From contig CATNEN010000038.1 of the NCBI GenBank assembly GCA_950097015.1, positions 29,264,001 to 29,328,000 of the forward strand: a stretch of DNA of 64,000 nucleotides, read 5' to 3'. This document shows, piece by piece, positions 49,079 through 62,300 of this stretch. The stretch comes from Macrostomum hystrix (lineage: Eukaryota; Animalia; Platyhelminthes). Below the pieces are notes generated by a model that saw nothing but the letters and a program-made list of their open reading frames with translations, made no database searches and was not told the DNA's origin. Numbering within the stretch: the stretch's first letter is position 1; every line of letters begins with the position of its first letter. The position numbers and the translations under genes were made by a program.

Positions 49079-52000
49079 TTAACGAATTCGTCCAAAGAAG
49101 CTTTCGGAGTTTTCAGATCCACTTGGCTGCGCTGCTCGCGGCGGGGCCAAAACCTGCGCATTGGTCAGAAGCTGCTGCTGCTGCTGCTGCATTTGGTACT
49201 GCTGCTGATGCTGCAGCTGTTGATGCCGCTGCTGCTGGTGCTGCTGCTGAAACTGATGCAGCAGGAGACGATGCCGCCGCTGTTGCACCTGTCGCTGCCG
49301 CTTCTGACAGCAGAGAATCGAGCCGCGCAAATAGATAGCCGTGGCCCGCTGGAATCGCTTGGAGACCAAATTGTAGACAATCGGGTTCAAGCAGTAGTTA
49401 GTGTACAGCAGCGCTGTCAGACACTGTAGCACAGCGATGATGCCTGAAGGTTTAATAGCCGCGGCCATGGCAAAGAAGCAGCTGGTGTGAGACATGCACA
49501 GGGCAAAGACGCGAAATGGTATCGCAGTGATAAAGAACAGTGACGCTACCAGCGCGCTGAAGTACACAATTCGTCGACGCTCCGTGAGGGCGTTGGAGTT
49601 CAACGAGGACGCCGATGCGCCAGCGGCCGCCGGGCTGCGGACTGCGCTGCTGCCACGCAGGCGCCGCATCGACTTCAGCAGCTTGTAGAAGATGGCAACG
49701 TACAGTAGCGCAATGAGAAGCATCGGCAGGAACAGCTCAGCAACCGAGCTCACAATGTAGAATGTCTCAGGCGCCATGCCCAGCACGGTGTCGGCCAAAG
49801 CTTGACTTTGATTGCTGTCCGAATGGCTGGACGGTAGCCGACAATAGTACACAGTGCGAACCTCGCCATTTGTGTTGCTTCTGTTGCTATGGCCGACAGC
49901 TGTCTGCTGCTCAGCTAATGAGATAGTCTCCGAGTGCATCTCTGGCAGGTGAAAATACGGCTGAGCGCACAAGGCTGGCAGCAGCCAGATCGCGCACATG
50001 ACAACCAATCTCACAGTTCGGCTGGAAAGCAGCGCCGGACCCCTCAGTGGCAGCCAAATCACTGTGAATCGCTCCAGAGCTATGGCTACTATTGTGAGGC
50101 TGGATGCCATTGTGAACAGGTGCTCAAAGCCGAAAGCCAACTTGCCTGCCAAAGCGGTGATGGGGCGGCATTGATGCCTTAATCTACTTATCTCTGTCTC
50201 CTGTTCCGTTTGTCTGTCTGTCTCTCTGTCTCTCTGTCTCTGTCTCTCTGTCTCTCTGTCTCTCTGTCTCCCTGTCTCTCTGTCTCTCTGTCTCTCTGTC
50301 TCTGTCTCTCTGTCTCTCTGTCTCTGTCTGTCTCTCTGTCTCTCTGTCTCTGTCTCTGTCTCTCTGTCTCTCTGTCTCTGTCTGTCTCTCTGTCTCTCTG
50401 TCTCTCTGTCTCTCTGTCTCTCTGTCTCTGTCTCTCTGTCCCTGTCTCTCTGTCTCTGTCTCTCTGTCTCTCTGTCTCTCTGTCTCTGTCTCTGTCTCTC
50501 TGTCTCTCTGTCTCTCTGTCTCTGTCTCTCTGTCCCTGTCTCTCTGTCCCTGTCTCTCTGTCTCTGTCTCTCTGTCTCTGTCTCTCTGTCTCTCTGTCTC
50601 TCTGCCTCTGTCTCTCTGTCTCTCTGTCTCTGTCTCTCTGTCTCTGTCTCTGTCTCTCTGTCTCTGTCTCTCTGTCTCTGTCTCTCTGTCTCTCTGTCTC
50701 TGTCTCTCTGTCTCTCTGTCTCTCTGTCTCTCTGTCTCTGTCTCTCTGTCTCTGTCTCTCTGTCTCTCTGTCTCTCTGTCTCTCTGTCTCTCTGTCTCTC
50801 TGTCTCTGTCTCTGTCTCTCTGTCCCTGTCTCTCTGTCTCTGTCTCTCTGTCTCTCTGTCTCTCTGTCTCTGTCTCTGTCTCTCTGTCTCTCTGTCTCTC
50901 TGTCTCTGTCTCTCTGTCCCTGTCTCTCTGTCCCTGTCTCTCTGCCTCTGTCTCTCTGTCCCTGTCTCTCTGTCTCTGTCTCTCTGTCTCTGTCTCTCTG
51001 TCTCTCTGTCTCTCTGCCTCTGTCTCTCTGTCTCTCTGTCTCTGTCTCTCTGTCTCTGTCTCTGTCTCTCTGTCTCTGTCTCTCTGTCTCTGTCTCTCTG
51101 TCTCTCTGTCTCTGTCTCTGTCTCTCTGTCTCTCTGTCTCTCTGTCTCTCTGTCTCTGTCTCTCTGTCTCTGTCTCTCTGTCTCTCTGTCTCTCTGTCTC
51201 TCTGTCTCTCTGTCTCTCTGTCTCTGTCTCTCTGTCCCTTTGTCCTTACTTTATTTCAGCCTTTAGTTATCTTTCAGCTTATTTTAATTATTTCAATTGT
51301 CATATTTGGTATCAGACAGAATCAACGAAGAAAAATAAATTAAAATATAAAATATTTGAAACGTGCTTTCATATGAAAATTTGCGCTTTCATTTCGTGTG
51401 GACAAAATTTTTCATATTTGGTACTAATTTAGAGATCCCGTATCTTAACCACTGTGATTGGAAAATCCCCAAAACGCGTTGGCGACAATTCGTGTCCGAC
51501 TATAACTGAGACCGCTTTTTAAACAAACAATTTCCACGTCATATCCAATTTTCGTCTAGAACATAGTGCGACAAAATATTTCGTGTGTAACTAAGCGTTT
51601 ATGTGAAGACGGAATGCCTTCTGGACCGGTCAGGAAATTCAGCAAGCCACAGGCACATATGAGTAAAAGGAGACAACTAACAGTTGGAGAGGGGAGTTTG
51701 GGGAAGATTGAGAGGGAGAAATGGGGAATATGGAGAAAGGAGAATGGGGAAGACTTCTAGAGAGAAGAAATGAGCATTATCTCCTGAGGGGATAAATGGG
51801 CAAGATGGAGAGGTAGAAAATTGGTAAGATATTGATGAAAGAAATGAGTATGAAGGGAGAGAAATGGAAACATGGGGGAGGTGGAGAGGGGAGAAATGGG
51901 TATGACGGAGAAGCTAGAAATGGGGAAGAGGGGAGAAGTGCGGAAGATTGAGAGGGGAGAAATGGGGAAGATTGAGAGGGGAGAAATTGGGATGATGGAG

Positions 52001-52610
52001 AGAGGAGAAATGGGGAAGATTGAGAGGGGAGAAATTGGGATGATAGAGAGGGTAGAAACGGGAAAGAGGGGAGAAGTGTGTAAGATTACGAGAGGAGAAA
52101 TGGGGAAGATTGAGAGGGGAGAAATTGGGATGATGGAGAGAGGGGAAATGGGGAAGATTGAGAGGGGAGAAATTGGGATGATGGAGAGAGGGGAAATGGG
52201 GAAGATTGAGAGGGGAGAAATTGGGATGATGGAGAGAGGGGAAATGGGGAAGGTTGAGAGGGGAGAAATTAAAATATTTAGAAGGTAGTAATAGGAAGAT
52301 TTCAGGTTAGTAACCGGGAAGATGGCAAAATGAAAAGCGTTTGCAGTTAACTCAGAAAGTTTTACTCACAGAGCCATTCCGGTTTGTACAAGTCCTCGAA
52401 TTGTTGCATAATATTGTGCGGCACACATATTAGCAGCGACATCAGGTCGGCTATAGCCAGATTCACTAGCAAAGCATTCAGCCTAGTGTGCATCTTGGCA
52501 ATATTGGATACAACTAAGATCACCAATAGATTGCCCAAGAGACCCAAAAACATTATGCCGATCTTGATAGCGATCAACAGGTAGATTGTGAATGAACTAA
52601 TGTGTGACAT
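49079..52610 (-). CDS. intact class A neuropeptide GPCR (TRH/ETH/ghrelin-receptor-like); exons 52370-52610 and 49079-50145, ~435 aa
   Basis: GLLGN, NLAIAD; the phase-1 splice T|GC rebuilds the TM3 Cys (EWL-C-KLAF); [33 protein letters not shown]; poly-Q tail. Confidence 0.9.
50190..51238. repeat. (CTCTGT/CTCTCTGT)n intronic simple repeat
   Basis: Direct reading of the sequence. Confidence 0.97.
51685..52270. repeat. purine-rich intronic repeat
   Basis: GAAATGGGGAAGATTGAGAGGGGAGAAATTGGGATGATGGAGAGAGGG units. Confidence 0.85.
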
Positions 52611-52799
52611 TTTACCCTATTCCTTACAGTTAAAGCTTCTATCTTTTGTAAGTGGAATATTTCTGGGCTAAGTTAGGGCACCAAATCTGGGCAGGTATTT
52701 ACGGCTTAGCAGCAATCTGCTACCGACCAATCACTGCAATCCTTGCCATCTGGCCAACTTCCTTCACACAAATCCTCCCCTATTAACATTGCTTCAGCT

Positions 52800-55700
52800 G
52801 TCACATCCTCTACTCTCTGTCCCATCCTCTACTCTCTGTCCCATCCTCTAGTCTCTGTCCCATCCTCTACTCTCTGTCCCATCCTCTAGTCTCTGTCCCA
52901 TCTACTCTCTGTCCCATCCTCTACTCTCTGTCCCATCCTCTACTCTCTGTCCCATCCTCTACTCTCTGTCCCATCCTCTACTCTCTGTCCCATCCTCTAG
53001 TCTCTGTCCCATCTACTCTCTGTCCCATCCTCTACTCTCTGTCCCATCCTCTACTCTCTGTCCCATCCTCTAGTCTCTGTCCCATCTACTCTCTGTCCCA
53101 TATTCTACTCTCTGTCCCATCCTCTACTCTCTGTCCCATCCTCTACTCTCTGTCACATCCTCTACTCTCTGTCCCATCCTCTACTCTCTGTCCCATCCTC
53201 TAGTCTCTGTCCCATCCTCTACTCTCTGTCCCATCCTCTAGTCTCTGTCCCATCTACTCTCTGTCCCATCCTCTACTCTCTGTCCCATCCTCTACTCTCT
53301 GTCCCATCCTCTACTCTCTGTCCCATCCTCTACTCTCTGTCCCATCCTCTAGTCTCTGTCCCATCCTCTACTCTCTGTCCCATCTACTCTCTGTCCCATC
53401 CTCTACTCTCTGTCCCATCCTCTACTCTCTGTCCCATCCTCTAGTCTCTGTCCCATCTACTCTCTGTCCCATCTTCTACTCTCTGTCCCATCTTCTACTC
53501 TCTGTCCCATCTTCTACTCTCTGTCCCATCTTCTACTCTCTGTCCCATCCTCTACTCTCTGTCCCATCCTCTACTCTCTGTCCCATCCTCTAGTCTCTGT
53601 CCCATCTACTCTCTGTCCCATCTTCTACTCTCTGTCCCATCCTCTACTCTCTGTCCCATCCTCTACTCTCTGTCCCATCCTCTACTCTCTGTCCCATCCT
53701 CTAGTCTCTGTCCCATCTACTCTCTGTCCCATCCTCTACTCTCTGTCCCATCCTCTACTCTCTGTCCCATCCTCTAGTCTCTGTCCCATCTACTCTCTGT
53801 CCCATCTTCTACTCTCTGTCCTATCTTCTACTCTCTGTCCCATCTTCTACTCTCTGTCCCATCTTCTACTCTCTGTCCCATCCTCTACTCTCTGTCCCAT
53901 CCTCTACTCTCTGTCCCATCCTCTAGTCTCTGTCCCATCTACTCTCTGTCCCATCTTCTACTCTCTGTCCCATCCTCTACTCTCTGTCCCATCCTCTACT
54001 CTCTGTCCCATCCTCTACTCTCTGTCCCATCCTCTAGTCTCTGTCCCATCCTCTACTCTCTGTCCCATCCTCTAGTCTCTGTCCCATCCTCTACTCTCTG
54101 TCCCATCCTCTACTCTCTGTCCCATCCTCTACTCTCTGTCCCATCCTCTAGTCTCTGTCCCATCCTCTAGTCTCTGTCCCATCTACTCTCTGTCCCATCC
54201 TCTACTCTCTGTCCCATCCTCTACTCTCTGTCCCATCCTCTAGTCTCTGTCCCATCCTCTACTCTCTGTCCCATCCTCTACTCTCTGTCCCATCCTCTAC
54301 TCTCTGTCCCATCCTCTAGTCTCTGTCCCATCTACTCTCTGTCCCATCCTCTAGTCTCTGTCCCATCCTCTACTCTCTGTCCCATCCTCTAGTCTCTGTC
54401 CCATCTACTCTCTGTCCCATCCTCTACTCTCTGTCCCATCCTCTACTCTCTGTCCCATCCTCTACTCTCTGTCCCATCCTCTACTCTCTGTCCCATCCTC
54501 TAGTCTCTGTCCCATCTACTCTCTGTCCCATCCTCTACTCTCTGTCCCATCCTCTACTCTCTGTCCCATCCTCTAGTCTCTGTCCCATCTACTCTCTGTC
54601 CCATCTTCTACTCTCTGTCCCATCTTCTACTCTCTGTCCCATCTTCTACTCTCTGTCCCATCTTCTACTCTCTGTCCCATCCTCTACTCTCTGTCCCATC
54701 CTCTACTCTCTGTCCCATCCTCTAGTCTCTGTCCCATCTACTCTCTGTCCCATCTTCTACTCTCTGTCCCATCCTCTACTCTCTGTCCCATCCTCTACTC
54801 TCTGTCCCATCCTCTACTCTCTGTCCCATCCTCTAGTCTCTGTCCCATCCTCTACTCTCTGTCCCATCCTCTACTCTCTGTCCCATCCTCTACTCTCTGT
54901 CCCATCCTCTACTCTCTGTCCCATCCTCTACTCTCTGTCCCATCCTCTACTCTCTGTCCCATCCTCTAGTCTCTGTCCCATCTACTCTCTGTCCCATCCT
55001 CTACTCTCTGTCCCATCCTCTACTCTCTGTCCCATCCTCTAGTCTCTGTCCCATCTACTCTCTGTCCCATCTTCTACTCTCTGTCCCATCTTCTACTCTC
55101 TGTCCCATCTTCTACTCTCTGTCCCATCTTCTACTCTCTGTCCCATCCTCTACTCTCTGTCCCATCCTCTACTCTCTGTCCCATCCTCTAGTCTCTGTCC
55201 CATCTACTCTCTGTCCCATCTTCTACTCTCTGTCCCATCCTCTACTCTCTGTCCCATCCTCTACTCTCTGTCCCATCCTCTAGTCTCTGTCCCATCCTCT
55301 ACTCTCTGTCCCATCCTCTACTCTCTGTCCCATCCTCTACTCTCTGTCCCATCCTCTACTCTCTGTCCCATCCTCTACTCTCTGTCCCATCCTCTACTCT
55401 CTGTCCCATCCTCTACTCTCTGTCCCATCCTCTACTCTCTGTCCCATCCTCTAGTCTCTGTCCCATCCTCTACTCTCTGTCCCATCTACTCTCTGTCCCA
55501 TCCTCTACTCTCTGTCCCATCCTCTACTCTCTCTTCTACTCTCTGTCCCATCCTCTACTCTCTCTTCTACTCTCTGTCCCATCCTCTACTCTCTCTTCTA
55601 CTCTCTGTCCCATCCTCTACTCTCTCTTCTACTCTCTGTCCCATCCTCTACTCTCACTTCTATTCTCTGTCCCATCCTCTACTCTCACTTCTACTCTCTG

Positions 55701-56668
55701 TCCCATCCTCTACTCTCACTTCTACTCTCTGTCCCATCCTCTACTCTCTCTTCTACTCTCTGTCCCATCCTCTACTCTCACTTCTACTCTCTGTCCCATC
55801 CTCTACTCTCTCTTCTACTCTCTGTCCCATCCTCTACTCTCACTTCTACTCTCTGTCCCATCCTCTACTCTCACTTCTACTCTCCGTCCCATCCTCTACT
55901 CTCACTTCTACTCTCTGTCCCATCCTCTACTCTCTCTTCTACTCTCTGTCCCATCCTCTACTCTCTCTTCTACTCTCTGTCCCATCCTCTACTCTCACTT
56001 CTATTCTCTGTCCCATCCTCTACTCTCTCTTCTACTCTCTGTCCCATCCTCTACTCTCTCTTCTACTCTCTGTCCCATCCTCTACTCTCACTTCTACTCT
56101 CTGTCCCATCCTCTACTCTCACTTCTACTCTCTGTCCCATCCTCTACTCTCTCTTCTACTCTCTGTCCCATCCTCTACTCTCACTTCTACTCTCTGTCCC
56201 ATCCTCTACTCTCTCTTCTACTCTCTGTCCCATCCTCTACTCTCACTTCTACTCTCTGTCCCATCCTCTACTCTCTCTTCTACTCTCTGTCCCATCCTCT
56301 ACTCTCACTTCTATTCTCTGTCCCATCCTCTACTCTCTCTTCTACTCTCTGTCCCATCCTCTACTCTCTCTTCTACTCTCTGTCCCATCCTCTACTCTCA
56401 CTTCTACTCTCTGTCCCATCCTCTACTCTCACTTCTACTCTCTGTCCCATCCTCTACTCTCTCTTCTAATCTCTGACCCATCCTCTACTCTCACTTCTAC
56501 TCTCTGTCCCATCCTCTACTCTCTCTTCTACTCTCTGTCCCATCCTCTACTCTCACTTCTACTCTCTGTCCCATCCTCTACTCTCTCTTCTACTCTCTGT
56601 CCCATCCTCTACTCTCACTTCTACTCTCTGTCCCATCCTCTACTCTCTCTTTTACTCTCTGTCCCATT
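52800..56668. repeat. 19-bp satellite changing to a 31-bp derivative after ~55530
   Basis: CCATCCTCTACTCTCTGTC, then CCTCTACTCTC(T/A)CTTCTACTCTCTGTCCCAT. Confidence 0.96.
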
Positions 56669-56888
56669 TATCTCATCCTCTGTCTTGACTTATTCTTATT
56701 TAGTTTAATTTAGTTTTTCTCTATTCCCTATAACGAATATTTTTTCAGTGTCCTGTAGTCTGTCAGCTGCAATGTTCTTCATTCCATTTTAATTAGTTGC
56801 ATTATACTATTGAAGTTAATCTCATCGGCTTTAAAATTCTGCCTTTAGAAAAACAGGTGCAGTCAGGTTTCATTATGCCTTATAGAGA

Positions 56889-57230
56889 TTTTTTGTCATT
56901 GTCTGAATGCCGTTGCCACGAAGCGAATGGTTTGGCATATGGCACATGATTTGGTGACACTATAGACCCGCAGCCAGCGAGGAGGCAATTCTGCCCATTT
57001 CGCTGACTCCTGAGCACACACGCACACACAGGTGTGTACATCTGCCCTGACTTTCTCATCGTCGGGTAGAATTTGCCTTGGTGGTTGGCCCTCTAGGGCG
57101 TAAATTGTACGACAAGCCACCGAGCCTTCTCTCCGCGGCTGCGCCCCAAATGAATGTGGCCTCGCCACAGAATCGAGCTCAGGGACCTTGGCGTGAGAGG
57201 CAAACGCGTTAGACCTAAATTAACTGGTGA
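56889..57230 (-). mobile_element. putative tRNA-derived SINE (degenerate)
   Basis: Head GGTCTAACGCG...GGTCCCTGAGCTCGATTC (A/B-box-like), a second partial copy at 29495, and a short A run at the 3' end. Confidence 0.55.
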
Positions 57231-57977
57231 TACTATGTACATCGCTGCCGCTTTAGTTCAATTAGTCTATGGCCTTATTGAGAGGTTTAAACATTAAAAA
57301 TGTGTGTTGTTAAAGTCTAGATTTTTAGAAATAAAAATTTCAACAACCCTCTCAAAAGTACACGTCAATATTTCAATTTCACTTGGCTCAAAAGCTATAA
57401 ATCACCATATTCTACACTCGTTTTGTTTTCGTGGTTCTCAATTCTCGCGAGCTGCAAAGTCGCTTGTTTACGGCAGGAAATTTCGATTTGTTATAGAAAC
57501 AAAACATGATAAAAGCAATTCCCAGCGGTATATATTATAGTTGTATGCATATATTTCACACACTGTTCTAACACAATCAAGCGATGTTCTCAATAAACTC
57601 ATGCTCAGCTGATTGACAATTTTTTCTTTGTTAATCTGCAATCATATAAGCTCATGCAGTTAACTTTCTTTGATTTGGTTTAATAATCTGTTTGGGCATC
57701 ACATCTAGAGCTGCTTTTGAAACTGTTTATTTTTTGCTTCACAAAATGCAAAAAATATGATTAAAACTGCAATTGAATATAATCGATTTAAGTACATTAC
57801 TGTATGATTTCATGTTTTTCGACATGTCGAATGCAGATGAAATCGGAAATAATAAAAGTATTTTTTGTGAATACTGAAACTTTTCGGATGGATTTTAAAG
57901 AACGAATATATTATCATTCTAAAGTTAAAGTTAAGACATAAGCATGCATTCGCAGCAGTCTTATATGCACAGCTCAA

Positions 57978-58424
57978 TAACCTATTCGAAGGCCAACTGG
58001 ACCTATTCAAAGGCCAACTGGACCTATTCGAAGGCCAACTGGACCTATTCAAAGGCCAACTGGACCTATTCAAAGTCCAACTGGACCTATTCGAAGGCCA
58101 ACTGGACCTATTCAAAGGCCAACTGGACCTATTCAAAGTCCAACTGGACCTATTCGAAGGCCAACTGGACCTATTCAAAGGCCAACTGGACCTATTCAAA
58201 GGCCAACTGGACCTATTCAAAGGCCAACTGGACCTATTCGAAGGCCAACTGGACCTATTCAAAGGCCAACTGGACCTATTCGAAGGCCAACTGGACCTAT
58301 TCAAAGGCCAACTGGACCTATTCGAAGGCCAACTGGACCTATTCAAAGGCCAACTGGACCTATTCAAAGGCCAACTGGACCTATTCAAAGGCCAACTGGA
58401 CCTATTCAAAGGCCAACTGGACTA
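57978..58424. repeat. 21-bp minisatellite
   Basis: CCTATTC(A/G)AAGGCCAACTGGA. Confidence 0.97.
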
Positions 58425-59309
58425 TATTAGAGATTTTGCAGTATCTATAGCTTATTAGCCAACATAAAGCTTAATTTTATTATCGTCAGATGTTGAATTT
58501 CGTTATTGAAGGGTCGAGTTTTTTTATTAGTACTTGTGTAGTGCAGCATTAGTAGTATTTTAATTGTTGACAGTTTTTGATTAATTACTAAGTTGTTCAC
58601 GGCCTAAATTGCAGCCTTTATAAGTACTAGTGGTTAGTAGTAGTATTAGAAGCACTGACTTGTTAAAAATTGTTCTCAGTAAATTGCTAGCAAGCTTGCC
58701 AGAACCTATAAAAATGCACAACCAAATGGTCCGATTTTGTCCTTAAAATCGCTTGCAATATTAGTTTGAGTACAGTGAGCTCTATTATTGATTATTTTTC
58801 AATCCCACAGTGCACATTTGAGCCCAGTGCACGTTCGGGTGAGAACACAAGAGAACGCGCAGTACAAATGGAACGCAGTTGCACATTTTTGTTGAGAAGT
58901 CATAGCGTGGTATGAAAAGAAAAGAAAAATGACCTCGACACACAAAAGCTTTTAGAGATAAAAGAAAAATTGTTTCTAAAAGCTAAACCGGACCACATTT
59001 TACTACATCCAGGCGGACTCATAATGACGTATCATATTAGACATTCAGTTGTACCTGGACTCTAACTAGCCAGGTTAACAGGTAGATTCACTGCAGCACA
59101 GCCAGATCGAGAAAAAGATGCAGAACCGACATGTTTTAAGCCCTCTATCCAGCGACCGACAGTTCATTGTGTCTGCGCTGGCTGCCTCCGTCATCATGCT
59201 AACACTGGGCACCAATTACTGTCTGGGTAAGTAGTTAATGGTGCCTCAAATTAATTTTCTTAGCAAAGGATGTGGTTAATAGATCCCAAACGAAAATAAA
59301 GTTGATTCG

Positions 59310-62300
59310 TTAGAATCGCAGCTAAGAACCAAACTAGAATCGCAGCTAAGAACCAAACAAGAATCGCAGCTAAGAACCAAACTAGAATCGCAGCTAAGAA
59401 CCAAACTAGAATCGCAGCTAAGAACCAAACTAGAATCGCAGCTAAGAACCAAACAAGAATCGTAGCTAAGAACCAAACAAGAATCGCAGCTAAGAACCAA
59501 ACAAGAATCGCAGCTAAGAACCAAACAAGAATCGCAGCTAAGAACCAAACTAGAATCGCAGCTAAGAACCAAACTAGAATCGCAGCTAAGAACCAAACAA
59601 GAATCGCAGCTAAGAACCAAACTAGAATCGAAGCTAAGAACCAAACTAGAATCGCAGCTAAGAACCAAACTAGAATCGCAGCTAAGAACCAAACTAGAAT
59701 CGCAGCTAAGAACCAAACTAGAATCGCAGCTAAGAACCAAACTAGAATCGCAGCTAAGAACCAAACTAGAATCGCAGCTAAGAACCAAACTAGAATCGCA
59801 GCTAAGAACCAGACAAGAATCGAAGCTAAGAACCAAACTAGAATCGCAGCTAAGAACCAAACTAGAATCGCAGCTAAGAACCAAACTAGAATCGCAGCTA
59901 AGAACCAAACTAGAATCGCAGCTAAGAACCAAACTAGAATCGCAGCTAAGAACCAAACTAGAATCGCAGCTAAGAACCAAACTAGAATCGCAGCTAAGAA
60001 CCAAACAAGAATCGCAGCTAAGAACCAAACTAGAATCGCAGCTAAGAACCAAACTAGAATCGCAGCTAAGAACCAAACAAGAATCGCAGCTAAGAACCAA
60101 ACTAGAATCGAAGCTAAGAACCAAACAAGAATCGCAGCTAAGAACCAAACTAGAATCGCAGCTAAGAACCAAACTAGAATCGCAGCTAAGAACCAAACTA
60201 GAATCGCAGCTAAGAACCAAACAAGAATCGAAGCTAAGAACCAAACAAGAATCGTAGCTAAGAACCAAACTAGAATCGCAGCTAAGAACCAAACAAGAAT
60301 CGCAGCTAAGAACCAAACTAGAATCGCAGCTAAGAACCAAACAAGAATCGCAGCTAAGAACCAAACTAGAATCGCAGCTAAGAACCAAACTAGAATCGCA
60401 GCTAAGAACCAAACTAGAATCGTAGCTAAGAACCAGACAAGAATCGAAGCTAAGAACCAAACTAGAATCGCAGCTAAGAACCAAACTAGAATCGCAGCTA
60501 AGAACCAAACTAGAATCGCAGCTAAGAACCAAACTAGAATCGCAGCTAAGAACCAAACAAGAATCGCAGCTAAGAACCAAACAAGAATCGCAGCTAAGAA
60601 CCAAACTAGAATCGCAGCTAAGAACCAGACAAGAATCGAAGCTAAGAACCAAACTAGAATCGCAGCTAAGAACCAAACAAGAATCGCAGCTAAGAACCAG
60701 ACAAGAATCGAAGCTAAGAACCAAACTAGAATCGCAGCTAAGAACCAGACAAGAATCGAAGCTAAGAACCAAACTAGAATCGCAGCTAAGAACCAAACAA
60801 GAATCGCAGCTAAGAACCAAACTAGAATCGCAGCTAAGAACCAAACTAGAATCGCAGCTAAGAACCAAACTAGAATCGCAGCTAAGAACCAAACAAGAAT
60901 CGCAGCTAAGAACCAAACTAGAATCGCAGCTAAGAACCAAACTAGAATCGCAGCTAAGAACCAAACAAGAATCGCAGCTAAGAACCAAACTAGAATCGCA
61001 GCTAAGAACCAAACTAGAATCGCAGCTAAGAACCAAACTAGAATCGCAGCTAAGAACCAAACAAGAATCGCAGCTAAGAACCAAACTAGAATCGCAGCTA
61101 AGAACCAAACTAGAATCGCAGCTAAGAACCAAACAAGAATCGCAGCTAAGAACCAAACTAGAATCGCAGCTAAGAACCAAACTAGAATCGCAGCTAAGAA
61201 CCAAACAAGAATCGCAGCTAAGAACCAAACTAGAATCGCAGCTAAGAACCAAACTAGAATCGCAGCTAAGAACCAAACTAGAATCGCAGCTAAGAACCAA
61301 ACAAGAATCGCAGCTAAGAACCAAACTAGAATCGCAGCTAAGAACCAAACTAGAATCGCAGCTAAGAACCAAACTAGAATCGCAGCTAAGAACCAAACTA
61401 GAATCGTAGCTAAGAACCAAACTAGAATCGCAGCTAAGAACCAAACTAGAATCGCAGCTAAGAACCAAACTAGAATCGCAGCTAAGAACCAAACTAGAAT
61501 CGCAGCTAAGAACCAAACTAGAATCGCAGCTAAGAACTAAACTAGAATCGCAGCTAAGAACCAAACAAGAATCGCAGCTAAGAACCAAACTAGAATCGCA
61601 GCTAAGAACCAAACTAGAATCGCAGCTAAGAACCAAACTAGAATCGCAGCTAAGAACCAAACTAGAATCGCAGCTAAGAACCAAACAAGAATCGCAGCTA
61701 AGAACCAAACTAGAATCGAAGCTAAGAACCAAACAAGAATCGCAGCTAAGAACCAAACTAGAATCGCAGCTAAGAACCAAACTAGAATCGCAGCTAAGAA
61801 CCAAACTAGAATCGCAGCTAAGAACCAAACAAGAATCGCAGCTAAGAACCAAACTAGAATCGAAGCTAAGAACCAAACTAGAATCGCAGCTAAGAACCAA
61901 ACTAGAATCGCAGCTAAGAACCAAACTAGAATCGCAGCTAAGAACCAAACTAGAATCGCAGCTAAGAACCAAACTAGAATCGCAGCTAAGAACCAAACTA
62001 GAATCGCAGCTAAGAACCAAACAAGAATCGCAGCTAAGAACCAACCTAGAATCGCAGCTAAGAACCAAACTAGAATCGCAGCTAAGAACCAGACAAGAAT
62101 CGAAGCTAAGAACCAAACTAGAATCGCAGCTAAGAACCAAACAAGAATCGCAGCTAAGAACCAAACTAGAATCGCAGCTAAGAACCAAACTAGAATCGCA
62201 GCTAAGAACCAAACTAGAATCGCAGCTAAGAACCAAACTAGAATCGCAGCTAAGAACCAAACTAGAATCGCAGCTAAGAACCAAACAAGAATCGTAGCTA

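Noticed and set aside
56973-56986. Minus-strand GCCUCCUCGCUGGC, matching the genomic HDV ribozyme P3-L3
   Set aside because: No convincing P1 partner, P1.1 GG or P2 could be found, and the segment pairs better with upstream AGUCAGCGA.
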